Assembly: GCA_002633005.1 (NCBI GenBank) | Contig: NMRA01001019.1 | Span: 5,419-69,418, forward strand | DNA from: Phoronis australis | Taxonomy: Eukaryota > Animalia > Phoronida | Reading direction: 5' to 3' | Length of the DNA: 64,000 nucleotides | Shown: positions 1-12,179 of the stretch, piece by piece | Position numbering within the stretch: the first letter of the stretch is position 1 | Layout: each line of letters starts with the position of its first letter | Position numbers and translations under genes: made by a program | The notes under the pieces: generated by a model | Told to the model about the DNA's origin: nothing | The model's database searches: none | What the model saw: only the letters and a program-made list of their open reading frames with translations

Positions 1-618
1 TTTGTTCATGTTATTAGGGAGTGTGATGATCTCCCTGACCATATTAAACACATAACTATTTTTAAGCACTTAAAGAAAAGTTTGTACACCGACATTTGCT
101 CAATTTAATCATTACATGCGTTGTAGGTGTTTTTCATGTGATCCGGTGGCGACGCAGTTATTTGCTTTCCTCTTTTTATTTAAAATGTTTACACTTAATG
201 TTGATACTCTTTTTAATCTTATTATTATCATTTTCATGTAAAATGCCCTGCTTTGTCATAATCAAATTAATTTCGACTTCTTACTATTTTACCATCACGT
301 CCCGTGTATAGTTTTTACTATTGTTCATTGCCATGTTTGTTGTACATGTATGTATTTGTGTGATGACTATCTGGAAGATAACTTTTGTGCCTTAAGATGA
401 CGTATCTTTTACTTTTGTCATGAATAATTATTGTTGATATCGGTGAATAAAAAACACCATTTACTTCTCTTCTTAGGTGATAGTGTTATTTTTTTCATTT
501 CAACCTCATTTTTCAATAACAAATGACTTCAAGCACATATGTGACAGCATTTTTAATAATTATAAGATTTGATGCAATATTGTTGTTATAGTTTACCTCA
601 GCTGCATAAAGTAACGCG

Positions 619-702
619 ATGAGCTCTTACAACAAGCTTGTAAAATACGAGGCACCGGCCTGGTCATCGAAACTCGCAAATATTCCCTCACATAGGGTTG
701 AG
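619..702 (+). CDS. Gene 1 coding exon 1 (MSSYNKLVKYEAPAWSSKLANIPSHRVE)
   Basis: ATG at 619, donor GAG|GTGAGT, conserved in the paralog at 46296; YxxPxW...P..RV start resembles eukaryotic D-cysteine desulfhydrase-like proteins. Confidence 0.88.
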
Positions 703-2006
703 GTGAGTTCAATGGTTTTCGGCTTAGAAGATATGCCGGATATTAATAACTGAATCGGCTTGTTACCTGTTGACTTTCACGACATTTAGAGGTTTTTACA
801 GGTTGAAGGTACATCACCTTCTTAGTCTTGTCTATTGGCGCGAAGGGTCTTGTGAAACTTTTAAATTAAAATCACGTACGGTTCTATTGCACAAAATTCA
901 CCGACGGACAACTAAGAGAATATATCATTAAAAATTCAAGTACAGTCGTGTCCATTGCTCATTGGCTGCACTTGGTTGACACAGTGGTTCCGCCGAGTAA
1001 CGTGGGTATGGCATCTCATTAGTCTGCAAGCCGGAAGTCGTAATGGTCGAGAACGAATCAGATGTTATAGCCACCTGACTTGGTGGAACCGCCAAAGTCA
1101 TTCAAGTGTTAGAGAAGGATGTACAGGGGAGGGGGGTTCAGGGGGTTCAAGCCCCACCTCGAGACAGGATCAAAAATAAAAATTGAAAAAATTCCCCAGA
1201 AAAACGAAATTACTACACGGGAGGAGGGATTAAACCCTCTCCCGACCTTCCTTCCCCGGCCCCCTTACTGAAAACTTAGATCTGCCACTGAGTGTTGCTT
1301 ATGATTATAGTTTAACGCTTCGTACGTATAGTCTACTATTGTTACAACTTCCTTCCAGTGTTGGTGTTGTTGTGCATCACATCGTGCATACCCGTATTTT
1401 TTTAGCACGAGGTAACTCGCCGTTTGTACAGTCACATTAGATTAAAACTGCTATGTAGACTAGTTGCTTGAACTATGTCAAGCTAAGTTCCGATTTCGCT
1501 CAGTTTGTTCCTGACATAGGTAGCAGTGATTTTTCTCGACTTGGAGAGAACTGACAGTTGGTTAGTGCTAAAGCAATGCTCGACTCATCAAATGTCACGT
1601 GATGACAAGTCAACATCATGTAGTATGTGACATGTATATGTGGTTTTATTAAGTTACATTAATCCTTGTCTAAGCTACATGTATTTGTAAACAAAGGAAA
1701 TCCGAACAAGTTACCAATTATTTCAAATAACTTATTTTTAAAAAAGTATTTACAGGTAAATTATTATCAAACTAAATCTTTTAACGCCAAAAGTAGCATA
1801 ATTGCTTCTAATTTGCGCCTGACTTCTTTTGGTACCTTGTACATGTACTCAAACAATAAAGAAACTGTCAGCTTTTCCGAAGCCCAGAAAGGACCTCTGA
1901 TACGGGTAAGAAACAATCTGAGACTTGACAAGGGGTCTAACTCAAGGTAATTTTCGACAGAAGACGGTCTCACTACACCTTTGTGAAATATTTTTTTCAA
2001 TTGTAG

Positions 2007-2117
2007 CTGGCTTTATCCAATACACCAATTCACTCATGGTACAACAATTTACCTGGTGGTTTCTCCGTTTCCATAAAGAGAGATGACCTGACAGGATGCA
2101 CGCTGACAGGAAACAAG
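2007..2117 (+). CDS. Gene 1 exon 2 (LALSNTPIHSW...SIKRDDLTGCTLTGNK), ends with the PLP Schiff-base Lys65
   Basis: ttgtag acceptor, AAG|GTACAG donor; KRDDLTG...GNK signature. Confidence 0.95.
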
Positions 2118-4972
2118 GTACAGTTGAACGAACAATAATGTGCAAGTTAGAACAGTTCCGAGACGGAATCAATCCGATAACCTAAACGGTAGCAGTCTGG
2201 CATTTTGCTAGCACAGCTAAAGCTGATTTTAAATGTAAACAAGTTCACGTGCCTCTATTGCATTTAATAGCTGGAAGTCATGATCGGGAATCGGCGATTT
2301 ATAATAAAATCACAAAGCACAACGAATTTTCCTGTATCTAGCATTGGTCAAGGCTGCGAACTTCAAGAAGCCTAACTTGTCCAACTAAAATTTCAAAAAT
2401 GCTAAGTCCGATAGCATCCCATTAACCGTTGAAGCAACCGTAGACGTTGTTTTTCAAAACACGAAACTTGATAACGAAAACTAAAATAATTACATCACTC
2501 CTAACTGCTATCGTCTTTTGAGTTTTGTTATAGTTGTAAGTTTGCTATTGATCGTGCAGTACCTCGTGGAGTGTGGCATTTGTCGTCCTTGTGAAATATA
2601 AGTCCGTGGTCACTTCTCAAATGTTAAAACTGATAAGGCTAGCGTCACTTAACCTGCATGTACAGTATAGGTGTTGAAAGCCCTCTGATATGGTAGGATT
2701 CGATTTTGTTCTTGTTGCCACGAAGAACATTCAAAATATTTACGAGTGAAAAACGTTTCAGAAAGTCACAGCCGCTGTCCATCTCTTCCAATATTTGAAC
2801 ACTTCAGTTTAGTCCCATGTTTTCCTTCAAATCTGGCTGAATCCCATTTGTATCTAATGCTGTTCTCACAAGAAAATTTTAGTTTCAATTGATACGACTA
2901 ATGAGCATACAGTATTTCTTGATTTCAGGTTACAGGGAAAAAAATGTAGATTTTTACGAGTATTCCTCAATTTGTGTATGAGAATCTCGTATACGGAAAA
3001 CTTTACTTTCGTAATTTCTTTCGCTAGGAACACCTCAGGTATTTCCGTAGCGTTAAGTACATGAATCCTCTTCTTGAGTTGGGCATGCGTGGCACATGCG
3101 CACTAGTGTAAGGGAGAACTAGTTCTAGTGAACGAATCGATTTTTGCATTGCAATCTATGGTGCCGACAATAAACTGCAGACATCTCCTAAATTTGCGAG
3201 TAAATGTCGAAAGTACCATTTGATAAGATAAAGAGAGTAACACTTTTATTTATGTTAAGAAATAATACAGTCATGTGGTTAGTAAATTGCAAATTAAATT
3301 AGAAAGCCTAAACATATTATATCGTTATCGATAACGTCCCCTTTAAATAAAGAAACAACTAAAAAAACGGAAATATTAATAAGATATGTAAAATATGCAA
3401 ACAAGAAGAAGGAACAGACATATGAGATGTACTTAACAAGGCAAAGTCAAGTAGCGCTAGCGACCGACACGCAAGGACCCAGGAAGTAGACTGGCACCGC
3501 TTTGGGGCCTTGGGAACAGATAATATTACTTGTAAAGCAATTGGAAATACTACAAAATAGGAAAGTAGCTGCTAATTCAGAAAATGTTTAAAAACCTGGA
3601 AAATGCTTGCAGAGTGTGGGTTTTTATTCAATTTAGAGGAGAGATTCGTATTTCGTTGCATATAATATCAACTCACCCAAGACATTTCGAGTATGTTCGT
3701 CGCCTCACATATCCCTCTAAAGTGTGCTTTAGGCACTATATGTTCAAACATTAGTCAGGCAGTTGGTAAGACTTGCGAGAATGATTGGTCCCATGAAAAC
3801 GCAGACAATCTAGTAAGTAAATAACGTTCACCTATGCAGGAAAATTTGAGGCTCGCAAAATACCCAAGGTATGTTTCGTTTATGCGCATGTGCAAATTTC
3901 AATCATGACAGCAAATCGTGACTCACAGACTCAGACAAAAGTTAATAAATCTTACGGTAGGAGGCACACTAAGGACAGAAAATGGCCCTCTTGGACGACT
4001 TTCCTTACCAGCTACATGTAGGATGAGGCCATGATAATTTCAGACGTGTTTATCTCACTGCTTTTATGACTAAAGATCGGTCATGCGAATTTCTCACTGA
4101 AATTCCTGGAAAAGAATATCTATCCTTGGGAGGAAACCATTATAATTCTCGATCGATTCAGCTAGGAAACAGGGAAGTTGCTGGTTTCTCAATGTCTAGT
4201 GCATCACCAGTGAACCAATGATATATCATTGACCGGAAGCTACCGTGCATGTACATGTTAATCACCATGAGAATCTGATAACCAATAACTTTATGCAGAT
4301 AATACTAAATTATTTTAGCTGTAAGGGTTGTGCAGATACTACATATTTGTACGGTGGTAACATACAAACAAATGGCATTAGCCATGTGTGACGGTATTAA
4401 TAACAAGCCGGATATTTTGTGGATTGTTCTAAGACACCCTCGGCCCCCACGACCCCACAGACCTACAAACTCCCCGACCAACAGCCCCTTCGTCCCACGA
4501 CCCCGTCTACCCACGACCCACAACCCCTTCGACCCACAGTCCACAACCCCCTCGACCAAGTCTACACAAGTTCGACTCGATCTGAATATAGAACAAGTGC
4601 TGACTTGCAAGACCAAGTGGGGCCTTGAGCTCGGCTGGCTCTTCCTTGTGGATTCGGCAACTTTGAAAGCCAGAAACAGAAAAAAGAACGCTACCAAATT
4701 AAATCAAAGACCTACCAACGATACAAATGTCGTTCGCGGCAAAGTGTATCGTCAGCTTTTCAGTAAATGGCAGATTCGATCTTTCTGGGAGAGAAGGAAA
4801 CCGACGAATATGTAATTTCTTCAGTAAATACAGTTTGAAAAAACAAACTGTTAACTAAAAAGTATCTCAGTTTTAGAGTTATCATATCATAATCGAGTAT
4901 ATAACAGAAGGCAAACAATCAAAATGTGAAATTACATGTATGTCAATTCACGTTAACGTGTTCTCTCCTTAA

Positions 4973-6275
4973 AGGAGAATGTCAGCCGGTTTAATTAATC
5001 TTCTTACCGTCTCAAATCGGTCTGTATCCACATCACCTCGCCGAGAGGTGTCGCGTTAACCTGTGAGTAAGGTGAGTAACCGGCTCAGCGACGTCAGTGG
5101 TTCTTCAGCAGATTGAATGCCGCTATGGTGTGGTGTATCGTTGCAGGTTGTGCGAACTACAAAGCTGCGAGGAAAGCGGGTATATCGTTTTTTTCTATTT
5201 CCTCGAGAGCCCGAAATGCTTCGGAAGTGGCTAGCGGCAGTGAATATCGAAAAGTACGCCGTTAATACCAAGTATAAGGCAGTGAAACATCTCCGAGCAC
5301 GGTGTGTGGCCGACATTTCGTCGACAGTGATTTCAGAAAAAGAGTGTCAGTGGGGATTGTAAGTTGCAGTGTTGACGTTTATTATTGTGCGTTCTGTTTC
5401 AAAATAAATTATTCTCACCCTAACCAATACTTAAGTATAAAACTGAAATAAAGAATCAAAGTCTGTCTCATTAGATACAATTTGTAATGCACTTGGAGTG
5501 CTCGTGAGTGCAAATGTTTTGAGAAGCCAGCAATGAATAAAGCACTGCGTTACCGGCTTTAGATGCAATAACGTTAATTGATCGGGCGGCCGAGGCCATG
5601 TGAGCGCATGCCGGCTATTTCAGTGTTTGCTGACAGAAAGCTGTTGTGAAACAATAACTCGATTTTATATGCTATGGTCGGATGTTTGGGGAGTTTTATT
5701 TAGGTATACATTACATTATTCGAATCATTACTGTACAACTTTCATCGCCCTGACGGTTCTTTGGAAGGGGAACCTGACTTTGCGACCCCCGACGAGTATA
5801 CATGTAAGAAGATTTGCTGTTTCGCGGCTATTTCACCACAATAATCACGTGCACATTATTTCTTTGGCTCACTAGTATAGTTTTTCGTGACAGGAAGTTT
5901 AGTTTCCAACATTTGGCTGGTTTATGTTCGTGATGTCTTCAGATGAGCCCGGTCGCGACGGGCCTGATCGGGTTCCGAGTCACTGGCCGGGATAACGTTT
6001 GTTCTAAAATTTGATGCGTTTGTAACGATTTTACATCAAATTTTGATGATTTTTTGGTGTAAAACGATGAATTCAAGCGATAAGCTGACTCCTGTTAGTG
6101 CGTTCAGTTGTGAAGTGATGAATAGACTGAGTTTGAACCTCTGACGTCATTGCTTAATTTCAACGCCTCCGTCTGCCGTCAGGAGTCAGGTAAAAGAACT
6201 GAACTTGCTATTATCGAGTGGAACTACTCGATTTGAATTGATACAAAATAGGTTGTTTTTGGGTGGCATTCTCCT
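4973..6275 (+). mobile_element. Kolobok-like non-autonomous DNA transposon with frameshifted THAP domain
   Basis: TTAA on both sides, TIR AGGAGAATG(T/C)CA; from 5125 it reads MVWCIVAGCAN / FPREPEMLRKW / VCGRHFVDSDF across two frameshifts. Confidence 0.85.
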
Positions 6276-6279
6276 TTAA

Positions 6280-7673
6280 AGTCCTTCTCTCAAACTGCCC
6301 GTGTGGTTCCAGTATCCGAAAATACTTACTACATAAATTCTTATTTTTGACACCCTTTCTTTATATTCTTTTTGCCTTTCTTGCCAAAAGCGATTTTTTA
6401 ACAGTATTTGACCCTTCTCTCTGAGCGTATGATTACCGGTTGTCATCGGTTATTTCCGTACCCACATTTTCGGCTCATCAGTTCATGAACTTGTCCTGAA
6501 CGCCGCCATTTTTTCCTTGTAGCTGAATGTACTATGGCTTGCTCGAAAAGTCTTCATTATTTTGTTTTATTAGTTTGCATATGTAGTGTATTTATAGTTT
6601 GTAGTTAGTGGTCGTTGATTTTTTTGGAATGTTACGCGTACTTAGTATGTTAAAATAGCTTTGGTGTTTAGTTCCTTACGTAGGCGGGTCGAACCTAGGA
6701 ACCAATATGGGTCGAACCAATTTTTTTCGGTTTTATTTTTTTCCTCGTTTTGAAAAAGTACTTTGCTATCATCGGAAAGGTAGTACATTCTACTCAGTAA
6801 AAATCGAAAAAGTATCAAAATCGGGGCAAGCACTGTAAAGTTANAATGGCGACTTTTGCTGAACTGAAAGGCATGTTCAATCGGCTACTTTGTAATTTGT
6901 GAGGATTTAACGTTGATACATTTTGACAAACGTTGCTACAAAAAGAAACTTTGTTCACTTTTCGTGTTTTTTGTGTTTTTGGCCAGCGACCAGTTAGGCC
7001 TAAGGGTAGCCTTGGCGCAAAGCTGTATAGACCTACTAACATGCTGTATTTTGAGTATAGTCTTCACTGGTAGCTGGTGACTGAGCCGGGCTAACTAAGG
7101 TCTGCCGCGGCAGTGTGACACAGGACTAACCAGCCCGTAATTTCATGCAGGTGTCTGAAACTACCTTTGAATATATGCAGCATTTATCATTTGACCATTT
7201 TACTTCGACAAAACAGCTTGCAACCGCATGCATTTACCGTTCGCCAGTGTCTGGTCTCCATCCACACCGGGTCGGATAGGCTGCGGTCCCGAGTCTGGCA
7301 AAATAATTTCTGTCAAAATTTATTCGCCACATTTCTTCAGCAAATTCCACAAAATTGTCCGTAGTTTGATTTTATCAAAATTAAGGCGCGCTGTCGATTT
7401 TTTATCCCCGTCTGCTGGCTGGTAACAGTACAGGCACTGCTCCAGTCGCACTGACGGCGTTTTCTCGGCCTGGGTTCCTGAATGAATTGTACTTCCGGGT
7501 TCACGGCAAGTTAAAAAATGTGGTGTTTCTTCGGGTGCGAATCGTGAGTGGCGCGTTCATTAAAACTTTTTTCGAGTACGGATCGTGTATTAGTTATGGG
7601 GTAGGTACTTCTTGGATCCTTATAACATCTTCTAACCATGTAATAAGGGTTAACAACGCGTGAGAGAAGGACT
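6280..7673. mobile_element. Second TTAA-flanked Kolobok-like element
   Basis: 13 bp perfect TIR AGTCCTTCTCTCA / TGAGAGAAGGACT; TTAA at 6276-6279 and 7674-7677; contains the N join at 6844. Confidence 0.8.
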
Positions 7674-8202
7674 TTAAGTTGATTAGAACAGATCCATTGG
7701 TAGCCGCGCGTGGAACTATTTCCGCTGTTTTCAGGCCGTGTTCTTACTCCACGTTTGTTTAACCACAACACTTAAACCAGATTCGCTTGTAGGTAAATCT
7801 TATTGGAAACTCATTCAGCAAGGTAATATAATTATGAAATGTGTAAAAAGCGCAAAGATAATTTATAGCCACAAGTCGTGGGTCGAAGGGGTTGCGGATC
7901 GCTGGGGTTTTAGGTTTCGGGGGTCGTAGGTGGACGTTGTCTTGGGTCTTGGGCTGTGGGGGTCTTAGAGAAATCCTATTTTTGCTTGTTATTCAGGTAG
8001 TTGCAAAGATGGTATACATTATGAACGAGACTATAACAGCATGGTGGTATGCCTGCTAGAAATACAGAGTTTTGATTGGTTTTGCACGCCATGAAACTGC
8101 CATTTTTGACATGTAATTAAATACAAGTTTTGTCATACAAGTATTATCACAGTATACTTGCATCTTGACTGTTGGTTTTAATTAAAATTTGTATTAATTT
8201 AG

Positions 8203-8361
8203 GTGAGAATGTTAGAGTTTGTATTCGCCGATGCCATTCAACGAGGTTGTAGCCATATGATAGCCAGTGGTATTGAGAAGTCCAACTCTTGCAGGGCGAC
8301 TGCTGTTATCGCGGCTCAACTGGGACTAAGCTGCCACTTGCTTCTGAGGTCAAAGGCAACC
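8203..8361 (+). CDS. Gene 1 exon 3 (VRMLEFVFADAIQRGCSHMIASGIEKSNSCRATAVIAAQLGLSCHLLLRSKAT)
   Basis: tttag acceptor, ACC|GTAAGA donor; LEF.ADA, SN.CRATA and LGL.CHLLLR motifs. Confidence 0.95.
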
Positions 8362-9149
8362 GTAAGAAATGATCACATTTGGATTTTCAGTTTCTAAAAA
8401 TGGTCTTATTGCAAGGATGGGATCCCTGTAAATAAGCACTGGATTTCAAAGAGACCGACACGTTTTCTCATCCAAATGCTTCGTCTGCTTTGTCGTATAC
8501 TTCTTTCAAGAAATACGTCAACTTGTTTGTAAAGGAAATTAACGTGTGAGCGTGGCGTTTGATATACACCTGACGCAAAGGATTGCTTGAAATTGGGTTT
8601 GTCGTAATGCTTGAACTTGCAAAATAACCCAATTTCGGTAATGCCATCACTAATGTACAACAATTTTTCGGCTTCATGTTAGAATCTTTTTTCATTTTTC
8701 CCATCTAGGTTCAAGCATAAACTAAAATTGACCTTAAATTGGCGATCAGACAACGGTCTAACTTGTAAGAAGTTGAGTGACAAAACATCCAATGCAATAC
8801 GTGATCCGAAATGCATGTAAACAAGGATGTCGGGGATTGATTCGGGTCGTGAACGTCACTTACAGAGTAACGTTTACACAAGTAATTAGAGCCAATCGGA
8901 ACTTGGTTAAGCAGACAATTGATGAAGGATAACCAGAAAGTCGTAATTGTAATAAAATTGACACTAAAAACGGTTGCCTTCCCTTCAACCTAATATGTTG
9001 TCTTAATTTGTTTTTGATGATTTTCCTGCTGTTCAAGAGAGGCTGTATGAGGTTTTAATTCACGTTTCCTAGCAACAGTCATTAATTTGCATAATGCATA
9101 CTACTTACTTTGCATACATTCTCAACTGAGAAATGATTATTCATTTTAG

Positions 9150-9286
9150 TGTGAGCAAGATTTGTCGGACAGGGGTAACCTGCTATTAAGCAGGATGTGT
9201 GGCGCGCATGTGTACCTCATACCGGAGCATTCGACGTACGTAGAAGACATTAAGCCAAAAATGGAACTACTTGCGAAGACCATAGA
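9150..9286 (+). CDS. Gene 1 exon 4 (CEQDLSDRGNLLLSRMCGAHVYLIP...AKTI)
   Basis: ttttag acceptor, GA|GTAAGT donor; GNLLLxRxxGA motif. Confidence 0.93.
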
Positions 9287-9659
9287 GTAAGTAAACTCTA
9301 CCATTCTGTGGCGATGGTGACACACCTGAGTATTCTTTGGGCTAGAAAACTACAATAATCAAATAAAAATTAAAAGTTAATTGTTCAGCTTATCCACATG
9401 GTTTCGCTAAAAGACTGTCGCGTGATAAAAAAGTCAGACGCCACGCCGTCCAAAGTTTTATGCTTGAAAACAACGTCAATAACCATTTAATGTCAAGCGT
9501 CACCTAATATTTGCTGGAGTAAGTTGTTGACTTCCACCCAGAGATCAAACTTAAGACTTCCGCCTGCTTACTGTCGAAAAAATGATTGACGCTCTTCCGT
9601 AGATTAGAAGTGATAACTGGGTTTGGGACGAATTGACACTCCATTCTTACTCGAGACTA

Positions 9660-9876
9660 GGGTCCCGTTCCAAAAAATAGTCTTACATGTAAGTTTACTT
9701 TGACTACAATCTAAGATTTGCCTTAAATTCCAAGCTTTGAAACTTCTGCATCAGGTAACATAGTCACAATTAAGACAAAACTTAAGTAAATAATAAGCCA
9801 AATTTAAGTTTTATCTTAAAACTGACTGAAATTTAAGATTTTTCTACAGTCAGTAAGTTTTCATGGAACGGGCCCC
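9660..9876. mobile_element. MITE in intron 4, shared with gene 2 (about 55601-55853)
   Basis: TIR GGGTCCCGTTCCA / TGGAACGGGCCCC with an AT-rich (A)CTTAAG interior. Confidence 0.65.
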
Positions 9877-10630
9877 TTGCTCAATAAATGGAATTGAACC
9901 ACATTTTATGCGGTGAACATGCTCTGAGACAGTAACAAACTTTCAATTCTTCCCGAAAAAACAATATTTTCTACTCTGTGTCAGGCCTAAGCTAAAGCAG
10001 TTTCAATGGTAAGTAGACTTAATCAAAATTGAGTAGTTTTTGATAGAATGCAGGTTCATGGCACCTTTAATAAACAAACCTACTTGTGAGTTTCGCGATA
10101 ATAACAGTGGCTTCACGTCAAAAGTATTGAAAAGTGCAATTGTTCAATCCCTCACTCAAACAGCAGACTTTTTCATTTTAGTTAAAAACTTCATAAAATG
10201 AAGCTGTGTTTAGTTCAGGTGAAAAACATTCAACGTAATAAAATAAGTATTGAATTTTTAAGCTTTATTTTGAAATATTGAATTTTAAGTTTGATTTTCG
10301 AGTTTCTGGCTTTACATATTAAACAAAAATTGACTGCATTGAGTGCTGCTAACCTCCACATTTAATTCGTTGAGAAAATGTGGTAAGAGCAAATACGTAC
10401 TGATGAGCGATTTTTGAAATATTCCTGTCTTTGCCATATCTTCCGATTGGCGAGATGCGTTTTATGTTATCCACAAGATAAAGAGTGTCTTCCTGACCAG
10501 ACAAATTGCCAATGATCACTCGACGCAGTAACTTTCTGTTGTATTTCAGACATTTTTTACCGAATTTTAAAATTTTGCATTTGTACTGTAAACCGCTTCG
10601 TTAAAAAGATTTGCGCTTATTTTGTTTCAG

Positions 10631-10730
10631 AAAAAACACCGGTGAAAAGACCTATATTTTTTCAGCGTCTTGCGTGGTTGCAAAACATATGGCTGGCTAC
10701 ATACGCGCCTTCCAGGAAATGATGAAACAG
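10631..10730 (+). CDS. Gene 1 exon 5 (KNTGEKTYIFSASCVVAKHMAGYIRAFQEMMKQ)
   Basis: tttcag acceptor, CAG|GTATGG donor; phase matches exons 4 and 6; GYI.AF.EM motif; conserved in the paralog. Confidence 0.9.
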
Positions 10731-11655
10731 GTATGGAAATGGTTTACATATTTGTAGTCATACCATTCTCAATGTAGCATTACCAATCTCTGTCTAGTGC
10801 TGCCAATATTACAGAAGTTACGTATTCGTTGAATGGTCTACCTTTATTATTCATTTACTTTAATGATATTTAAAATCCACCTTCTGTCTTGAAACTAACT
10901 TTTGATTCAGGCCACCTGGCGTAACTTTCTCTGGCAATGGGTCATTTTATGCCAGAAAGATGTTACGGTGTGGTTTTCTTGATTGAAATTGAATCTGGTC
11001 TAATAAACCAGGAATCTCGTGAATCTCATGATACAAATAAATGTCAGTTGATACGGATTTTGAATATGAATACTTTTGTCCAGTATAGCGCAACAAACCC
11101 GGCACAAAGATTCACCAGAGTAAAAATTGGAAAAACGAAATATATTTCACGCATTTGCCATGTCAACGTCCAAATCTGTTTACAATATCAGTCTTAGCTA
11201 AGGGTAGAGCACACTATCAAAACACCTCCACTCAAAAACTCTACAAACTGTTGAATATTTTTGTTATTAACTGCAGAAATGAGAACAATGCAATATGCAT
11301 CTACTAACTGAGCTCATAAAAAGTCTGAGATTTACGCTCACATCAATTTAGTGTCAAAAACGGACAGCCAACACTCTTTAATGATATCGTGACGAAGAAG
11401 ATAATACAACACAACTGCTTTTCTCAATGCCTTTCAATATGCACATACACATGCAGTTGGGAATGAGTCACTCGGACTAATAAACGACTTGATTATCAGT
11501 CAGATTTTTGAGATTCGTCAATAATATAGTATAAATTTTCGCGATACGATGTTTGTTTGAGCCTCTCTAACTCATATCTATAAGGTTACAATGGAGGATT
11601 TGAAGAATTTTACCACATATCACCAGTATGATGCATATTGTGATATTACACGCAG

Positions 11656-11756
11656 GGTCTTCTGGAGGATTTCGATGACATCGTGGTTGCGACCTCAAGT
11701 GGTACTACTGCGTGTGGTCTCGGAGTTGCTAACTATCTGACGGGATCAAGACTTAA
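11656..11756 (+). CDS. Gene 1 exon 6 (GLLEDFDDIVVATSSGTTACGLGVANYLTGSRLK)
   Basis: acgcag acceptor, AA|GTAAGT donor; FDDIVV and phosphate-loop region. Confidence 0.93.
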
Positions 11757-11838
11757 GTAAGTTTGCAGATCGTTTCGCAGCCGTCCTTAGCGTCTACACT
11801 TTACATAAAACTGAAACGGGTGGCACTCGAGCCGAGTA

Positions 11839-12179
11839 GGAATTCCACGGTTGCTTCACTTCAGCCGTCCATTTCAAACATAAATCTCAAAATATTTACA
11901 CAAAGCAGGGTTTCATCAAACCGTGAACAAATGTTCTTTCTCCGTGTAGCATTTGTAGCGTCCTGTTTTAGCGATCAAAACACAAAAATCTTCCCAAAAG
12001 GCAGACACACCGCTTTGTGTTTTGATCGTGAGTTTGTTGCGAAACCCTTGAAGCAGGACACTGTAAATGCTATTAGAAGAAAAACAATTATTCATGGTTT
12101 GTTGAATCCCTGTTTTGTGTAAATTTCTTGAGATTTTTGTTTGATATAGACGGCTAAAGTGAAGCACTCGTGGAATTCC
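11839..12179. mobile_element. Foldback MITE with TA flanks (Tc1/mariner-like target)
   Basis: TA-GGAATTCCACG...CGTGGAATTCC-TA; inverted arms alignable over about 150 bp. Confidence 0.8.

Larger units (their letters stand above)
4421..7976. mobile_element. GG-terminated MITE (possibly Mutator-like), copy 1, expanded by nested insertions
   Basis: TIRs GGATTGTTCTAAGAC...GTCTTAGAGAAATCC with subterminal CCACGACCC/GGGGTCG repeats; absent at the equivalent gene 2 site (about 52365); imperfect tatttt(t)g flanking duplication. Confidence 0.8.

Noticed and set aside
4330-4815. 161 aa Pro/Thr-rich ORF (and similar ORFs at 34731 and 48972)
   Set aside because: It lies in MITE subterminal repeats and the frames are not conserved between copies.
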